The notes: generated from the sequence alone by a model not told the origin. Counted from the stretch's first letter, positions 1-9,298 are shown. The stretch: DNA of 64,000 bases from an uncultured Bdellovibrionales bacterium (GCA_964421125.1 CAYQVD010000004.1:930-64929); one strand, 5' to 3'. Made by a program: numbers and translations.

Positions 1-371
1 TACGGCAACAGTGCATCTTGTTGTGCCTTGTTCCAACGATGAATCTCATCAATAAAAAGAATTGTTTTTTTGCCTTCTTTTTGATCTTTAATAGCTTGAT
101 CAACAATTTCTAAAAGCATCTTTTTTCCACTAGTAACCGCACTGAGATGAACAAATTCAGAATTTGTTTTTTTAGCAATAATATTTGCCAATGTAGTCTT
201 TCCACTTCCTGGAGGTCCCCAAAAAATCATCGAGGGAACGTTGTCATTTTCAATCGCTTGTTTCAAAAAAGAACTCTTCCCCATTAATTCATCTTGACCA
301 ACAAAATCACTCAGCTTTTGAGGCCTGATCTTATCTGCAAGTGGTGAATTTTGTTGAATTTCTTGTTTCAT
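1..371 (-). CDS. rarA: Replication-associated recombination protein A (RarA/MgsA), N-terminal part; runs off the window
   Basis: Manual translation from ATG at 371: MKQEIQQNSPLADKIRPQKLSDFVGQ...IFWGPPGSGKTTLA...LFIDEIHRWNKAQQDALLP (PLA.R.RP motif, Walker A, DEIHR Walker B). Confidence 0.93.
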   Translation of the reverse strand, partial: MKQEIQQNSPLADKIRPQKLSDFVGQDELMGKSSFLKQAIENDNVPSMIFWGPPGSGKTTLANIIAKKTNSEFVHLSAVTSGKKMLLEIVDQAIKDQKEGKKTILFIDEIHRWNKAQQDALLP

Positions 372-477
372 ATGTATTATACTAACATTTCTAAACAATT
401 AATGCATTTTTAGACTTTTTTGTAAATAAAAAACCAAAATAATATATTCCGGTTTTCATAAAAATCTAATATAAATA

Positions 478-1692
478 CTATCTCAACGAAAGGCTCAGTT
501 TATTATGCGCGATACTTAAGAAAATTGAAAATACTGCCCCGAAAAGGAAAAGCCAATTAAGAGACAGGTAAAAAGACATTACCAGAACAATAGTTATCAT
601 AAAGATTCTCCCAAGAGAAAGTGAAATATTTCGAAAAATATTAAACTCATCAATAAGATGTTTTTGATCTTTTGCTTTTTCATAAATAAAAGTATCTAGT
701 GGAACTCGATAAAAAACCTGACTAATCCTATGAAAGGCATCTACTATAAAAACATGAAAAGCTGTTAAGACAAAAATCTTCAAAATCCAACAAATCGCAT
801 AAAAAATACCTCCAAATTTAAATAAACTATCTTGAAGTTTTCCTTTTTGATCAGCATACTTGCCTGCAATAAGTTGCATAATAATTGTCACCGCAACAAC
901 TAAAGTCGAAATAATACCAATTTTCAAATAATCTCCATTTAATAATTGAAAAATAAAAATTGGCCAAAGGATTCCCCCAATAATACCTTCTGCTCCATCT
1001 GCGAAGAAAATAGCTGCAGCAGTCCGGTTCTCTTTATTAAAAACTTTTTTAATTGTCTTTAGTCTTCCCCAACTAAATTTTTCCTTAGTTCTTGGCACAA
1101 AGATTAAAGGAATTATAGAAAGTGCAAAAACTAAAACTCCAACTAAGAACAAAAGATTAAAGCCATATTCAACAATAACAAGTCCTGCAACAATTGGAGT
1201 AATAATACTAATAATACTCAAAACTGAATCCATAAAACTCAATTCTTTTGCCCGATCCTTCTTACTTGTGAATTTTGCCATATCGACATTATAAGGAGTC
1301 CAGTATAAAAATCTCCAAAGACTAATTGAGACAATAATTAATGGAAGTAAATAAAAAAGATTATTCTCATTAAGAAAAAATAAACCTACATAAAAAAGAA
1401 CTGCAGCTAAAGCACTAAACCTCAACGCTCTTCTAAATCCAATCTTATTTAAAAGAGGAGATGCTACTAAAAGAAAAATTAAATAAACAAGGTAAGTTGC
1501 TAAATAGTAACCGGCAACCATTGCAACGTTTTCCTTAAAAATTGTATACAAAAAAATTGGCAAAAAGACTGCGAAAAGACCTGTGGCCACGCTTGAAATA
1601 ACTTGATTATAAAAAAGTGCCATAAATCCACGTGAAAGTTTTCCTTCAAAATATTTCACATGATGATGCGCAGAAGGAGTATGATAGTGCAT
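478..1692 (-). CDS. MFS transporter
   Basis: 404 aa, about 12 hydrophobic segments, G.YADQKG loop motif. Confidence 0.8.
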   Translation of the reverse strand: MHYHTPSAHHHVKYFEGKLSRGFMALFYNQVISSVATGLFAVFLPIFLYTIFKENVAMVAGYYLATYLVYLIFLLVASPLLNKIGFRRALRFSALAAVLFYVGLFFLNENNLFYLLPLIIVSISLWRFLYWTPYNVDMAKFTSKKDRAKELSFMDSVLSIISIITPIVAGLVIVEYGFNLLFLVGVLVFALSIIPLIFVPRTKEKFSWGRLKTIKKVFNKENRTAAAIFFADGAEGIIGGILWPIFIFQLLNGDYLKIGIISTLVVAVTIIMQLIAGKYADQKGKLQDSLFKFGGIFYAICWILKIFVLTAFHVFIVDAFHRISQVFYRVPLDTFIYEKAKDQKHLIDEFNIFRNISLSLGRIFMITIVLVMSFYLSLNWLFLFGAVFSIFLSIAHNKLSLSLR

Positions 1693-1723
1693 TTATTTTT
1701 TATTTTTACGAATTTAAAAAATG

Positions 1724-1795
1724 TGGGCCCGGCAGGGTTCGAACCTGCGACCAAGAGATTATGAGTCCCCTGCTCTACCACTGAGCTACGGGCCC
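1724..1795 (-). tRNA. tRNA with CAT anticodon, most likely tRNA-Ile2 (lysidine type)
   Basis: GGGCCCGTAGCTCAGTGGTAGAGCAGGGGACT-CAT-AATCTCTTGGTCGCAGGTTCGAACCCTGCCGGGCCCA folds as a cloverleaf and resembles ileX-type tRNAs; CCA not encoded. Confidence 0.9.
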
Positions 1796-1880
1796 GCTTG
1801 CCCAAATAACTAATATAATTATTGGAGCGGATTTCTGAAGAACTATAATTAAATATAATCAATTAAAAGACTTCAGTCAA

Positions 1881-2666
1881 TTACTCTTCCTCTAAAGACA
1901 AAGGATTTTTCGGTAAACTTTCCCAAAGTAAATCAAAAGTCAGTCTTTGAAGATCCACCAACTCTTTTGACTCAACAACAACTGCCATTTTTTCTTCCCA
2001 AGATGCAATCAGCATCTTGTTATTATAAATATTAATCTCTGGAGAAAAACTCATTTTATCTTCCGGTAAAAACCTTGTATCTCTCATTTCTTCTTGATTA
2101 CGTTTTGCTGTTTCAACAGAAAGCTTATTCTGTGGAATAATTGCTTTAATAAAAATCTTCTTTCCAGCTCTCCTTTTAAAATATTCCGGGAAAAATCCAG
2201 GTAATCCCTTATTCATCGTTTCTACATTAGCATAAGCCAAAATAATGTCTTTTGAAATTAATGTGTCTTCATATGCCTCTCTCATCCCCTTTTCTCCTTC
2301 AAAGAACTGAACTTTAGGCTTATTGGCTGAATAGATATTTTGTAAAGAAATCAACTGTGGCATCAATTCTGTCACTTTTTCTTTTTGTTTTTCTATTTTT
2401 TTAACACTTTCTTCTTTTTCCCTATCTAAATAGGTTACTAAATGTTTTGGATCAAGCGCATTAAAAAAAGTTGATGCGCCTTTTTTATACTTACTAATCA
2501 ACCCTCTCTGCAAAAGAGCATCACAAATATCATAGATAGTAGTCCTATTTAAGCCCGTTTTCCTTGATAAATCCTTAGCTTTCGCCGATCCTAACTCAAC
2601 TAAGCCCAAATAAACTTGGGTTTCTTTTTCTGAAAAATTAAGTTGTTTTAATAGTTTTTCTAGCAT
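1881..2666 (-). CDS. TrmB-family transcriptional regulator
   Basis: N-terminal wHTH (FSEKETQVYLGLVELG...LNRTTIYD) plus KPKVQFFEGEKG C-terminal domain. Confidence 0.88.
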   Translation of the reverse strand: MLEKLLKQLNFSEKETQVYLGLVELGSAKAKDLSRKTGLNRTTIYDICDALLQRGLISKYKKGASTFFNALDPKHLVTYLDREKEESVKKIEKQKEKVTELMPQLISLQNIYSANKPKVQFFEGEKGMREAYEDTLISKDIILAYANVETMNKGLPGFFPEYFKRRAGKKIFIKAIIPQNKLSVETAKRNQEEMRDTRFLPEDKMSFSPEINIYNNKMLIASWEEKMAVVVESKELVDLQRLTFDLLWESLPKNPLSLEEE

Positions 2667-2678
2667 ATTCTATTAATT

Positions 2679-2933
2679 TTACCCAATTAAATAAGCTTTG
2701 AGTCTCTTTTTGATAAACATCGTCCCGTGATAAGTTTTTAAATACTTTTCACGACGTGTAGCATCTTGTTGATTTAAACAGGCTTCATAATAAATCAATT
2801 TTAAAGGTCTTCTGTTTTTTGTAGAGTTAACTTCTCCTTTCACGTGCAACTCAAATCTTAATTTTAAATTTCTAGTATATCCAATATATCTTTTTCCATC
2901 TTTCTTACTTAAAAGTACATATACATAATACAT
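2679..2933 (-). CDS. Small GIY-YIG nuclease
   Basis: MYYVYVL...YIGYT..LKLRF..H...T..RRP.KLIYYE....A..RE.YLK signature. Confidence 0.92.
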   Translation of the reverse strand: MYYVYVLLSKKDGKRYIGYTRNLKLRFELHVKGEVNSTKNRRPLKLIYYEACLNQQDATRREKYLKTYHGTMFIKKRLKAYLIG

Positions 2934-2965
2934 ACCAGGGGGAATTTAAAATTATTTAATCGGGT
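2681..2965. mobile_element. Putative minimal element: GIY-YIG gene bounded by 14-bp inverted repeats
   Basis: ACCCAATTAAATAA (2681-2694) and TTATTTAATCGGGT (2952-2965) are inverted with 13/14 identity and enclose the gene. Confidence 0.55.
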
Positions 2966-3070
2966 GTTGTGGATATTACTTCGACAAAATAAGTATATTA
3001 AATAAAGGCTTAATTGTCAATTTTATTCACTTAATCAATGCACCCTCCGACATAATTTTACAATTTAGTA

Positions 3071-3144
3071 TATACTAATTTATTACGATGAAATAGTTTC
3101 ATTGTAATGATAAACAAACAAGTTCTTTAAAAAAGGAGAAAACA
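3071..3144 (+). promoter_or_regulatory. Conserved leader, copy 1: -10 box, 5' hairpin, boxA-like motif, SD
   Basis: TATACT 3071-3076; hairpin ATTACGATGAAA-TAG-TTTCATTGTAAT 3082-3108; AGTTCTTTAAAA 3121-3132; AAGGAG 3133-3138. Confidence 0.7.
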
Positions 3145-3837
3145 ATGAATATTCTCATTATCGAAGATAACGAAAATCATATTGAAGATGCAAAAGCAAT
3201 TTTTGGCGAAAACATTGAAATTGCAAAAAACTTGGATGAAGCATGGGAAAAGTTAAGAAAAAATGAATACGATGGAGTAATTTCCGATATATTCTTCTCA
3301 AAGGGAGAATGTAAATCAATTTTTTCTGATGAACACCCAGATTTTGACATCATCACAAGCATGCAATGCCAATATATCCTTGCTGGATATGGAGCAGAAA
3401 ATGATTATGCATTGGGCGCAGATGCTGACGCAAGAGAGTGGTGGATAAAAGTTCTCAGGGAAGTTGAAAAGTGGAATGGATTCAGTGGATATGAACTTCC
3501 TCCAGCAGGGGTCTTGGTTCTCAATCACTGTATCAAACACAACATCCCGATCGTGATGAACACAGACATCAAACATCATGGCTTATCAATTGCTCCAGTT
3601 GAAAGATTATGCATAAACCTCCAAATCCCCGTTATTTGCGAATACGAAGGGAAAAAGCAGTGGAAAGAAGCTCTTGAATATCTCAAAGAAGAACTTCATC
3701 CAGATACAGAAACCATTGCTCACCGCCAAAAACGCCGATCAGAGAAATATGAAACCAAAAATTCTTACAATGGAGGAATTAGAATGAACATATTAAGACA
3801 CCTAATAGAAAGAGAGAAAGAAATTGATTTCTCCTAA
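3145..3837 (+). CDS. Hypothetical protein with N-terminal receiver (REC)-like region
   Basis: MNILIIEDN...A..LDEA...L....YDGVISD pattern; strong SD. Confidence 0.7.
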   Translation: MNILIIEDNENHIEDAKAIFGENIEIAKNLDEAWEKLRKNEYDGVISDIFFSKGECKSIFSDEHPDFDIITSMQCQYILAGYGAENDYALGADADAREWWIKVLREVEKWNGFSGYELPPAGVLVLNHCIKHNIPIVMNTDIKHHGLSIAPVERLCINLQIPVICEYEGKKQWKEALEYLKEELHPDTETIAHRQKRRSEKYETKNSYNGGIRMNILRHLIEREKEIDFS

Positions 3838-3841
3838 ACAT

Positions 3842-3950
3842 CCGGGAAGTTGCAAAACATTGCGACTTCCCAATTCTCTCGGCTTTATTTGAATTGTTCA
3901 AGCGAGCCCGAGTAGAATTAAAGAATGTACTTTAAAAACTGAATATATAA
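3842..3950 (+). repeat. Structured inter-gene repeat, copy A (109 bp)
   Basis: Identical to 4313-4421; two hairpins followed by boxA-like GTACTTTAAAAACTGAATA and an SD. Confidence 0.9.
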
Positions 3951-3961
3951 AGGAGATAGAA

Positions 3962-4303
3962 ATGACTAATGGAACTTTATTATTAGTAAGTGACAAAGAA
4001 AAAGAAATTGCAATTAACGAATTATTAGACTGCGTCGGTAAAATTACAACTGCTAAAAACAAGTTCCGTGCGCAGGAACTTCTTGAAAAAAATAATTTCA
4101 GTTTAGTAATAACTGGAAATGAAGAGTGGATGATTCGTATCGCCGGAAAAGCACTAGATCGAGAAACTCCTAAAATCATTGTATTTGAAAAATCGAAGAC
4201 TTGGCTGGGAGGATCCATTTTAGGTAAAACAGCAGGGATAGGAAAAATTCTTTGTAAAGAAAAAATGAGTTACAAAGAAGCATTGGAATTATTTCCTAAA
4301 TAA
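3962..4303 (+). CDS. Hypothetical protein, degenerate receiver-like fold
   Basis: 113 aa, SD AAGGAG; LLLVSD...ITTAKN...AQELLEKNNFSLVIT resembles REC beta1-beta3 without the phospho-acceptor Asp. Confidence 0.65.
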   Translation: MTNGTLLLVSDKEKEIAINELLDCVGKITTAKNKFRAQELLEKNNFSLVITGNEEWMIRIAGKALDRETPKIIVFEKSKTWLGGSILGKTAGIGKILCKEKMSYKEALELFPK

Positions 4304-4312
4304 TCACAAAAC

Positions 4313-4421
4313 CCGGGAAGTTGCAAAACATTGCGACTTCCCAATTCTCTCGGCTTTATTTGAATTGTTCAAGCGAGCCCGAGTAGAATTAAAGAATGTA
4401 CTTTAAAAACTGAATATATAA
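4313..4421 (+). repeat. Structured inter-gene repeat, copy B (109 bp)
   Basis: Identical to 3842-3950. Confidence 0.9.
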
Positions 4422-4431
4422 GGAGTGGGAA

Positions 4432-4743
4432 ATGAAATATATACGTTTAAGCTTATAGGGAGAGATAAATGAAAAGCATGCTCACCATACCTTCTTATTT
4501 ATAAGGATACATGGAGATAACGAAATATTAGTACCATATGAAATATCTTTAGAGAAAAAAATGGTTTCTGCGGCTCATTATTTACATTATAATTTGTCCT
4601 TAGAGAAAAATGAAAGCGTTGAGATTAACTGTGACATATATTTCCTTCTTGATAATGGCAAAGCAATAAAAGAATATCTCGAAAAAATGGGAATAAAGGT
4701 GACAATGAAGTTACCAAAACAAACTACTTTCTATTCTCGTTAA
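4432..4743 (+). pseudogene. Orphan ORF interrupted by an in-frame TAG at codon 9
   Basis: AAGGAG then ATG at 4432; TAG at 4456-4458; the frame is otherwise open and joins the 4561-4743 ORF. Confidence 0.65.
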
Positions 4744-4750
4744 ATCAAAA

Positions 4751-4782
4751 GGCAACGATCAAACCTGATCACTGCCTTTTTT
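4751..4782 (+). terminator. Rho-independent terminator closing the orphan-gene unit
   Basis: GGCAACGATC-AAACCT-GATCACTGCC followed by a T tract. Confidence 0.55.
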
Positions 4783-5049
4783 CTTTGGTTTTTTTGTTTT
4801 TATAATCCTCAAACTTTATAAAGTTTGTCAATTTAACAAAACCTTACAAAGTTTCATTATTTTCTTAATAATTTCAACTCTATATAAATTACAAAAGATA
4901 AACCGTCAATATGTGACCTGCCTTAGAAATCTATCCTCAATAAAACAAGAAATTATTTGATTAACAAGCCAATGTCAATACTTCTTTCACATAATATTTC
5001 CCTTTGATCTTTTCTTCTTCCTTTCTTTTTTTTATTTTTCTTTAATTTT

Positions 5050-5331
5050 CTATATCTTCAAATCCGAATATTCTCGCAGAGTTTTTAGTGTCGCTTGCAC
5101 TGTCTCGTTTTCCGCGTTTAAAAGTTTTACGTTTTTGAATTTTTCGGCAATTTTTGTGATCACTTCATCTGCCCAAGATGGAGCAATGACTTTTACACCA
5201 GAAAAATCAATTTCAATTTCTTCGTCTTCTTTGAGATCTTTTAAATTATAAGCAGAGATTGCCAAAAATGCCTCTCTTCCAGCCGGACGAGAGACTAAGA
5301 CGTCACCAATTTTTTTAAGTTCAATTCTCAT
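5050..5331 (-). CDS. STAS-like domain protein (DUF4325-like)
   Basis: L.SRPAG...IEIDFSGVKVIAPSWADE motif. Confidence 0.75.
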   Translation of the reverse strand: MRIELKKIGDVLVSRPAGREAFLAISAYNLKDLKEDEEIEIDFSGVKVIAPSWADEVITKIAEKFKNVKLLNAENETVQATLKTLREYSDLKI

Positions 5332-5335
5332 AAAA

Positions 5336-5902
5336 TTATAAAGTTATTATTGCTAAGCATCCTTCAATATTTTCCGCATTTTTTTCTATTTTCATTTGAT
5401 CATTAAGCTCCGCTCTAGCAGTTCCACTAAAAAAGTTTAAATGCATTTTTTTGTTTTTTATATTTTCCCTTACAAATTTTAAGCCATTGCCACGTTTTTC
5501 TGGTGCTCGTCCGGAAATTCTTTCTGTAAAAGCAACTTTCAATGCCTCTTGGTCATTTTCTATTTCCGATTTTACTTTTTTAAGCGTGCTAAAAATTCCC
5601 TGACCTCTATCAGCTAAAATTATTTCCACTTTATCCTCAGAAAAAAAATAACTAAAAAATATTCCAGGAATATCTTTCCAGTTTCCGATATTATGATCAA
5701 AAGAATTATTGGCAATTTCACCAACCACAGCAGAAACAATTGAAGCATCCTCTTCTCTTTTTTCAAAAAGATTCTTAATCATTTGATTGAACCTTACCTC
5801 AAAAACATCTCTTGTAGAACAGTAAAATTCACCAACAACATTAATCTTACCAGCCTCAGCCATTATCCATTCATAAGCTACTTTTTCTTGTGAATTTTCC
5901 AT
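5336..5902 (-). CDS. HATPase_c-like ATP-binding protein paired with the STAS gene
   Basis: EIANNSFDH (N box), DRGQGI (G1), RGNGL (G2). Confidence 0.75.
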   Translation of the reverse strand: MENSQEKVAYEWIMAEAGKINVVGEFYCSTRDVFEVRFNQMIKNLFEKREEDASIVSAVVGEIANNSFDHNIGNWKDIPGIFFSYFFSEDKVEIILADRGQGIFSTLKKVKSEIENDQEALKVAFTERISGRAPEKRGNGLKFVRENIKNKKMHLNFFSGTARAELNDQMKIEKNAENIEGCLAIITL

Positions 5903-5945
5903 ACTTTGATTATAAACTATCCGAAAACTAAAAGTCAAAAATTTT

Positions 5946-7433
5946 TTATTTCACGTAATACTTCCCTTTTGTCTCTTCTTCTTCCTTTTTCTGTTCTTCT
6001 TTGATTTTCTTTTTTGCTAGGAACCGAAGAGATTGCAAATCTTCTTTTCGAAGTTCTTCCACTCGCTTCATTAATCCTTCCTTTTCATTCAGCTCTGGCT
6101 TCTCAATCACTTCTGCCAAAAGCACATCCAGGATTGCACCAATTTCTCGACTCGGTTTAAAATTCATTTCAGTAATCATAATATCTCCATTAAGCTTTAG
6201 TTGCTTAACAGAAATCGGATCCTTAGAAACTTTCTCTACCATATATTTAAAATGTCGAAGTCGGTACGGCACCGCCTTTGGCACACCACTTCCTAATCGA
6301 TCTGCAATTCTAACATCAATCAAGTCATTAATATTTTCTAATCCCACTTTTCGAATCACTTTTCGCACTCCCGCTTCACCAACTTCATCCACATTATAAT
6401 AAAACATATGATTTTTCACTAATAAAACGGTTTTTTCAATAATTTTCCGTGGATATTTCATTCTATTCATAATTCGATCCACAATTTTTGCTCCTCCATA
6501 TTCATGTCCATAAAAAGTTGCCATTTCCCCTTCTCCTCTTTTTGAATTTGGTTTTCCAATATCATGAAAAAAAGATGCTAACCGCACTTCCAATTTTTCT
6601 GATGGACATTTCTTAAGACTTGCCAACATATGTGCATAAACCGTGTTGTATGGACCATAATAATGATGACGATTTTGTTTCACACCAATTGTTTCAATCA
6701 CTTCTGGAATAAATTGATCCATTAATTTACTTTTAATCAACAACTCAACTCCCTTGCTTGGATTTTGAGAAATAATAATTTTATCAAATTCATCCCGAAT
6801 CCGCTCTTGTGAAATATGTTGCAAGTTTTTTGAATTTTTTTCAATTGACACAAATGTCTTCTTTTCAATCTCAAATCCGATTTGAACTGAAAATCGAATC
6901 GCTCGCATCATTCGAAGCGCATCTTCATTGAATCGCTCATCTGGCTCACCAACCGCTCGAATAACTTTGCTCTCTAAGTCTTTTTGTCCATTAAACAGAT
7001 CAACAATCTCTTTTTGATTCCCTTTCTCATCCAATTCAATTGCCATTGCATTTACTGTGAAATCCCTTCGACTCAAATCTTCTTCTAAAGTTTCTGCAAA
7101 CTGCACTTCATCTGGATGACGCTTATCTGAATAAGTCGATTCAATTCGATAAGTAGTTATTTCAATATTTGGCCCATCAACAGTTTCTTCTTGCTCTGTT
7201 TTAATATATTTTAAAGGAACCATTACTGTTCCAAAACTATTTTCGTATTTCCCATCTGGAATTATTTTCAATAGCTCTTCTGGTTTAGCATTCGTTGTAA
7301 CATCCCAGTCTTTTGGCTCCCCTCCCAACAACAAATCACGCACACAACCACCAACTAGATATGATTCAAATCCAGCTTTTTTAATTTTATTCATAATAAT
7401 CAACACCGATTCCGATATTTTTTGACTTTTCAT
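5946..7433 (-). CDS. cca: CCA-adding tRNA nucleotidyltransferase with HD domain
   Basis: VGGCVRDLLLG..PKDWD, DLSRRDFTVNAMA, EDALRMMRA, FHDIGK. Confidence 0.92.
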   Translation of the reverse strand: MKSQKISESVLIIMNKIKKAGFESYLVGGCVRDLLLGGEPKDWDVTTNAKPEELLKIIPDGKYENSFGTVMVPLKYIKTEQEETVDGPNIEITTYRIESTYSDKRHPDEVQFAETLEEDLSRRDFTVNAMAIELDEKGNQKEIVDLFNGQKDLESKVIRAVGEPDERFNEDALRMMRAIRFSVQIGFEIEKKTFVSIEKNSKNLQHISQERIRDEFDKIIISQNPSKGVELLIKSKLMDQFIPEVIETIGVKQNRHHYYGPYNTVYAHMLASLKKCPSEKLEVRLASFFHDIGKPNSKRGEGEMATFYGHEYGGAKIVDRIMNRMKYPRKIIEKTVLLVKNHMFYYNVDEVGEAGVRKVIRKVGLENINDLIDVRIADRLGSGVPKAVPYRLRHFKYMVEKVSKDPISVKQLKLNGDIMITEMNFKPSREIGAILDVLLAEVIEKPELNEKEGLMKRVEELRKEDLQSLRFLAKKKIKEEQKKEEEETKGKYYVK

Positions 7434-7436
7434 CAG

Positions 7437-7508
7437 GTTATCCACAACTAGTTAATCCTTTAAATAAAGGTTTACATAATAATAGTACACTATCCACAGA
7501 TTATCAAC
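7437..7508 (+). repeat. DnaA-box-pair direct repeat, copy 1
   Basis: TTATCCACA (7438) and CTATCCACA (7490); ungapped similarity to 9227-9298. Confidence 0.65.
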
Positions 7509-7516
7509 TTATTTGT

Positions 7517-8548
7517 TTATAACTCTTCCTCCTTATTATCAACATCCTCCTTTTTAACAGACAAAAGATCTGGATATTCAATCGCCATTTGAGTAAACTT
7601 ATCTATTTGATAAACCTCGTTCACTTCAACTTGAAAAATAATATCATTAAAATCATGTTTCATCTGATTTATCAACCCTCTTAACGCTTTTCGATCCTTA
7701 ATTTCAATATCCAACATAAGTTGCCAATTCCCCATCACTTTCACATAATTAACAATATTTGGATGTTTCACACAAAATTGATACAAAGACTCCACTTTTT
7801 CTTTGTTAAATTGTTTTATCTTAAATAAAACTCGAAACATTCTTAATCCAATAGATTGATAGTTTAAAGTAAATGTTGTTTTTGTAATAATTCCCTTTTT
7901 AATCATTTTTGTATAACTCCTATGAACAACCCCTGTTGTCACGCCCAAAACCTTTGCCATTTCTGAAAACTCCATTCTCCCATCAATTTGAAGAAGTGAA
8001 ATAATTTTTTGATCTAATTCTGACAGTTTCACTACCTTTTTAAATCCCCCTGAAACACTAACGCTTTCTTCTTCGTTTTCTTTATTAAGAAAATACGATC
8101 GAGGAAATTTCAAAAATCCCAATCCAACCACAATCTCACTCATTGTGATGTATTTACCAAATTCACCAAAAACCTCTTGAAGAATTTTATTGTGACTAAA
8201 AACATCTTGGGCAATGATTGCAATAAAAGCATCTGCATAGCCATCACATCGAAAAATAATTGGGATATACTTATTTTCTTTTAATTTCAAAAACATCGCA
8301 TCTTGTTGATCTTTAGTGAGACCACTAAATTTCAACCAATATCCCCAAAAAAATGAATATCCCACTCGATCATAATCAATAAAAGCCCAAAAATGCTTAA
8401 TAACCTCTTCATCCCTAAATCTTGCCATATGATACTTTACTACTTGTGGAGAAGTTTTAATATTTCTAGCTATTTTTGAATAACTAGCTCTTCCATCTTT
8501 TTCAAGCTCAAATAGTATTTTTTTGTCTAAATCTGTTAATTTAACCAT
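7517..8548 (-). CDS. Tandem (duplicated) Lrp/AsnC-family regulator
   Basis: Two HTH-RAM units: LTDLDKKILFELEKDGRASYSKIA and LSELDQKIISLLQIDGRMEFSEMA. Confidence 0.88.
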   Translation of the reverse strand: MVKLTDLDKKILFELEKDGRASYSKIARNIKTSPQVVKYHMARFRDEEVIKHFWAFIDYDRVGYSFFWGYWLKFSGLTKDQQDAMFLKLKENKYIPIIFRCDGYADAFIAIIAQDVFSHNKILQEVFGEFGKYITMSEIVVGLGFLKFPRSYFLNKENEEESVSVSGGFKKVVKLSELDQKIISLLQIDGRMEFSEMAKVLGVTTGVVHRSYTKMIKKGIITKTTFTLNYQSIGLRMFRVLFKIKQFNKEKVESLYQFCVKHPNIVNYVKVMGNWQLMLDIEIKDRKALRGLINQMKHDFNDIIFQVEVNEVYQIDKFTQMAIEYPDLLSVKKEDVDNKEEEL

Positions 8549-8667
8549 TTTTCGATATTAATTTCACTAAATTTACAAAAATAACTGTTTTTAAAAACTT
8601 ATTATTTTTAAATAATTCTATTTTAATAACATCTTACACTACTTTTTAAAACTAATCAACAAAACTA

Positions 8668-8772
8668 TTGAAATATTATCTATTCTATGCTATTATATCT
8701 CGTTACGATAAAATAGGTTCAAAGTAACAACTTAAAGGAAGTTCATTGAAAATTGAATAAAAGGAGAGGGAA
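8668..8772 (+). promoter_or_regulatory. Conserved leader, copy 2
   Basis: TTGAAA..TATTAT promoter; GTTACGATAAAATAGGTTCAAAGTAAC 8702-8728; GTTCATTGAAAATTGAATA 8741-8759; AAGGAG 8761-8766. Confidence 0.7.
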
Positions 8773-9153
8773 ATGAAAAAAAGAAATGAGTTATTAAAAT
8801 CCTTGGATAAAATTAATGGTGGAAGCGACTGGAAAGACATGCAATTTGAATTCTACTGCTTTTGGTCTAATAACCATACGTCCTCGGTCCCTCCTGGACA
8901 CATAGACACAAAAGAAGAAAATTTATTGAGAAATTTTGGTTTTGACCTAAATGCTCGTTTTATCTTCCATGTCAATTATGTAAGTTATGGTAGCATGGGA
9001 CATGAAAATTACACAGTTGCTCATATTGTCAGAAACGCGATTCTTGATCCAGAATATGACATGGAACAATTCCGAGAAGAATACACCAAAGGGAGTGATG
9101 GTTATACTTATTGTTCTACCTTCTCCATAACCATAAATCCTAAAACTTCTTAA
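8773..9153 (+). CDS. Hypothetical (orphan) protein
   Basis: 126-aa ORF with strong SD behind the conserved leader. Confidence 0.7.
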   Translation: MKKRNELLKSLDKINGGSDWKDMQFEFYCFWSNNHTSSVPPGHIDTKEENLLRNFGFDLNARFIFHVNYVSYGSMGHENYTVAHIVRNAILDPEYDMEQFREEYTKGSDGYTYCSTFSITINPKTS

Positions 9154-9226
9154 TTTCTTATTACCAAAATCTTATCAAAAACCTACTAAAAACCTCTTTT
9201 ATTATCATGATTTCATTTTTTCTTAA

Positions 9227-9298
9227 GTTATCCACAAGGATTTAACCCTTTAAGTAAAGCTTTTTATGATAAACTTTTTCTATCCACAGATTGCTAAC
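9227..9298 (+). repeat. DnaA-box-pair direct repeat, copy 2
   Basis: TTATCCACA (9228) and CTATCCACA (9280); same spacing as copy 1. Confidence 0.65.

Noticed and set aside
1656-1862. 68-aa ORF
   Set aside because: It overlaps the CAT-anticodon tRNA; spurious.
3842-4421. Classical integron attC cassettes
   Set aside because: No RYYYAAC/GTTRRRY core sites; the only tyrosine recombinase is 40 kb away and looks like a housekeeping Xer without an evident IntI insertion.
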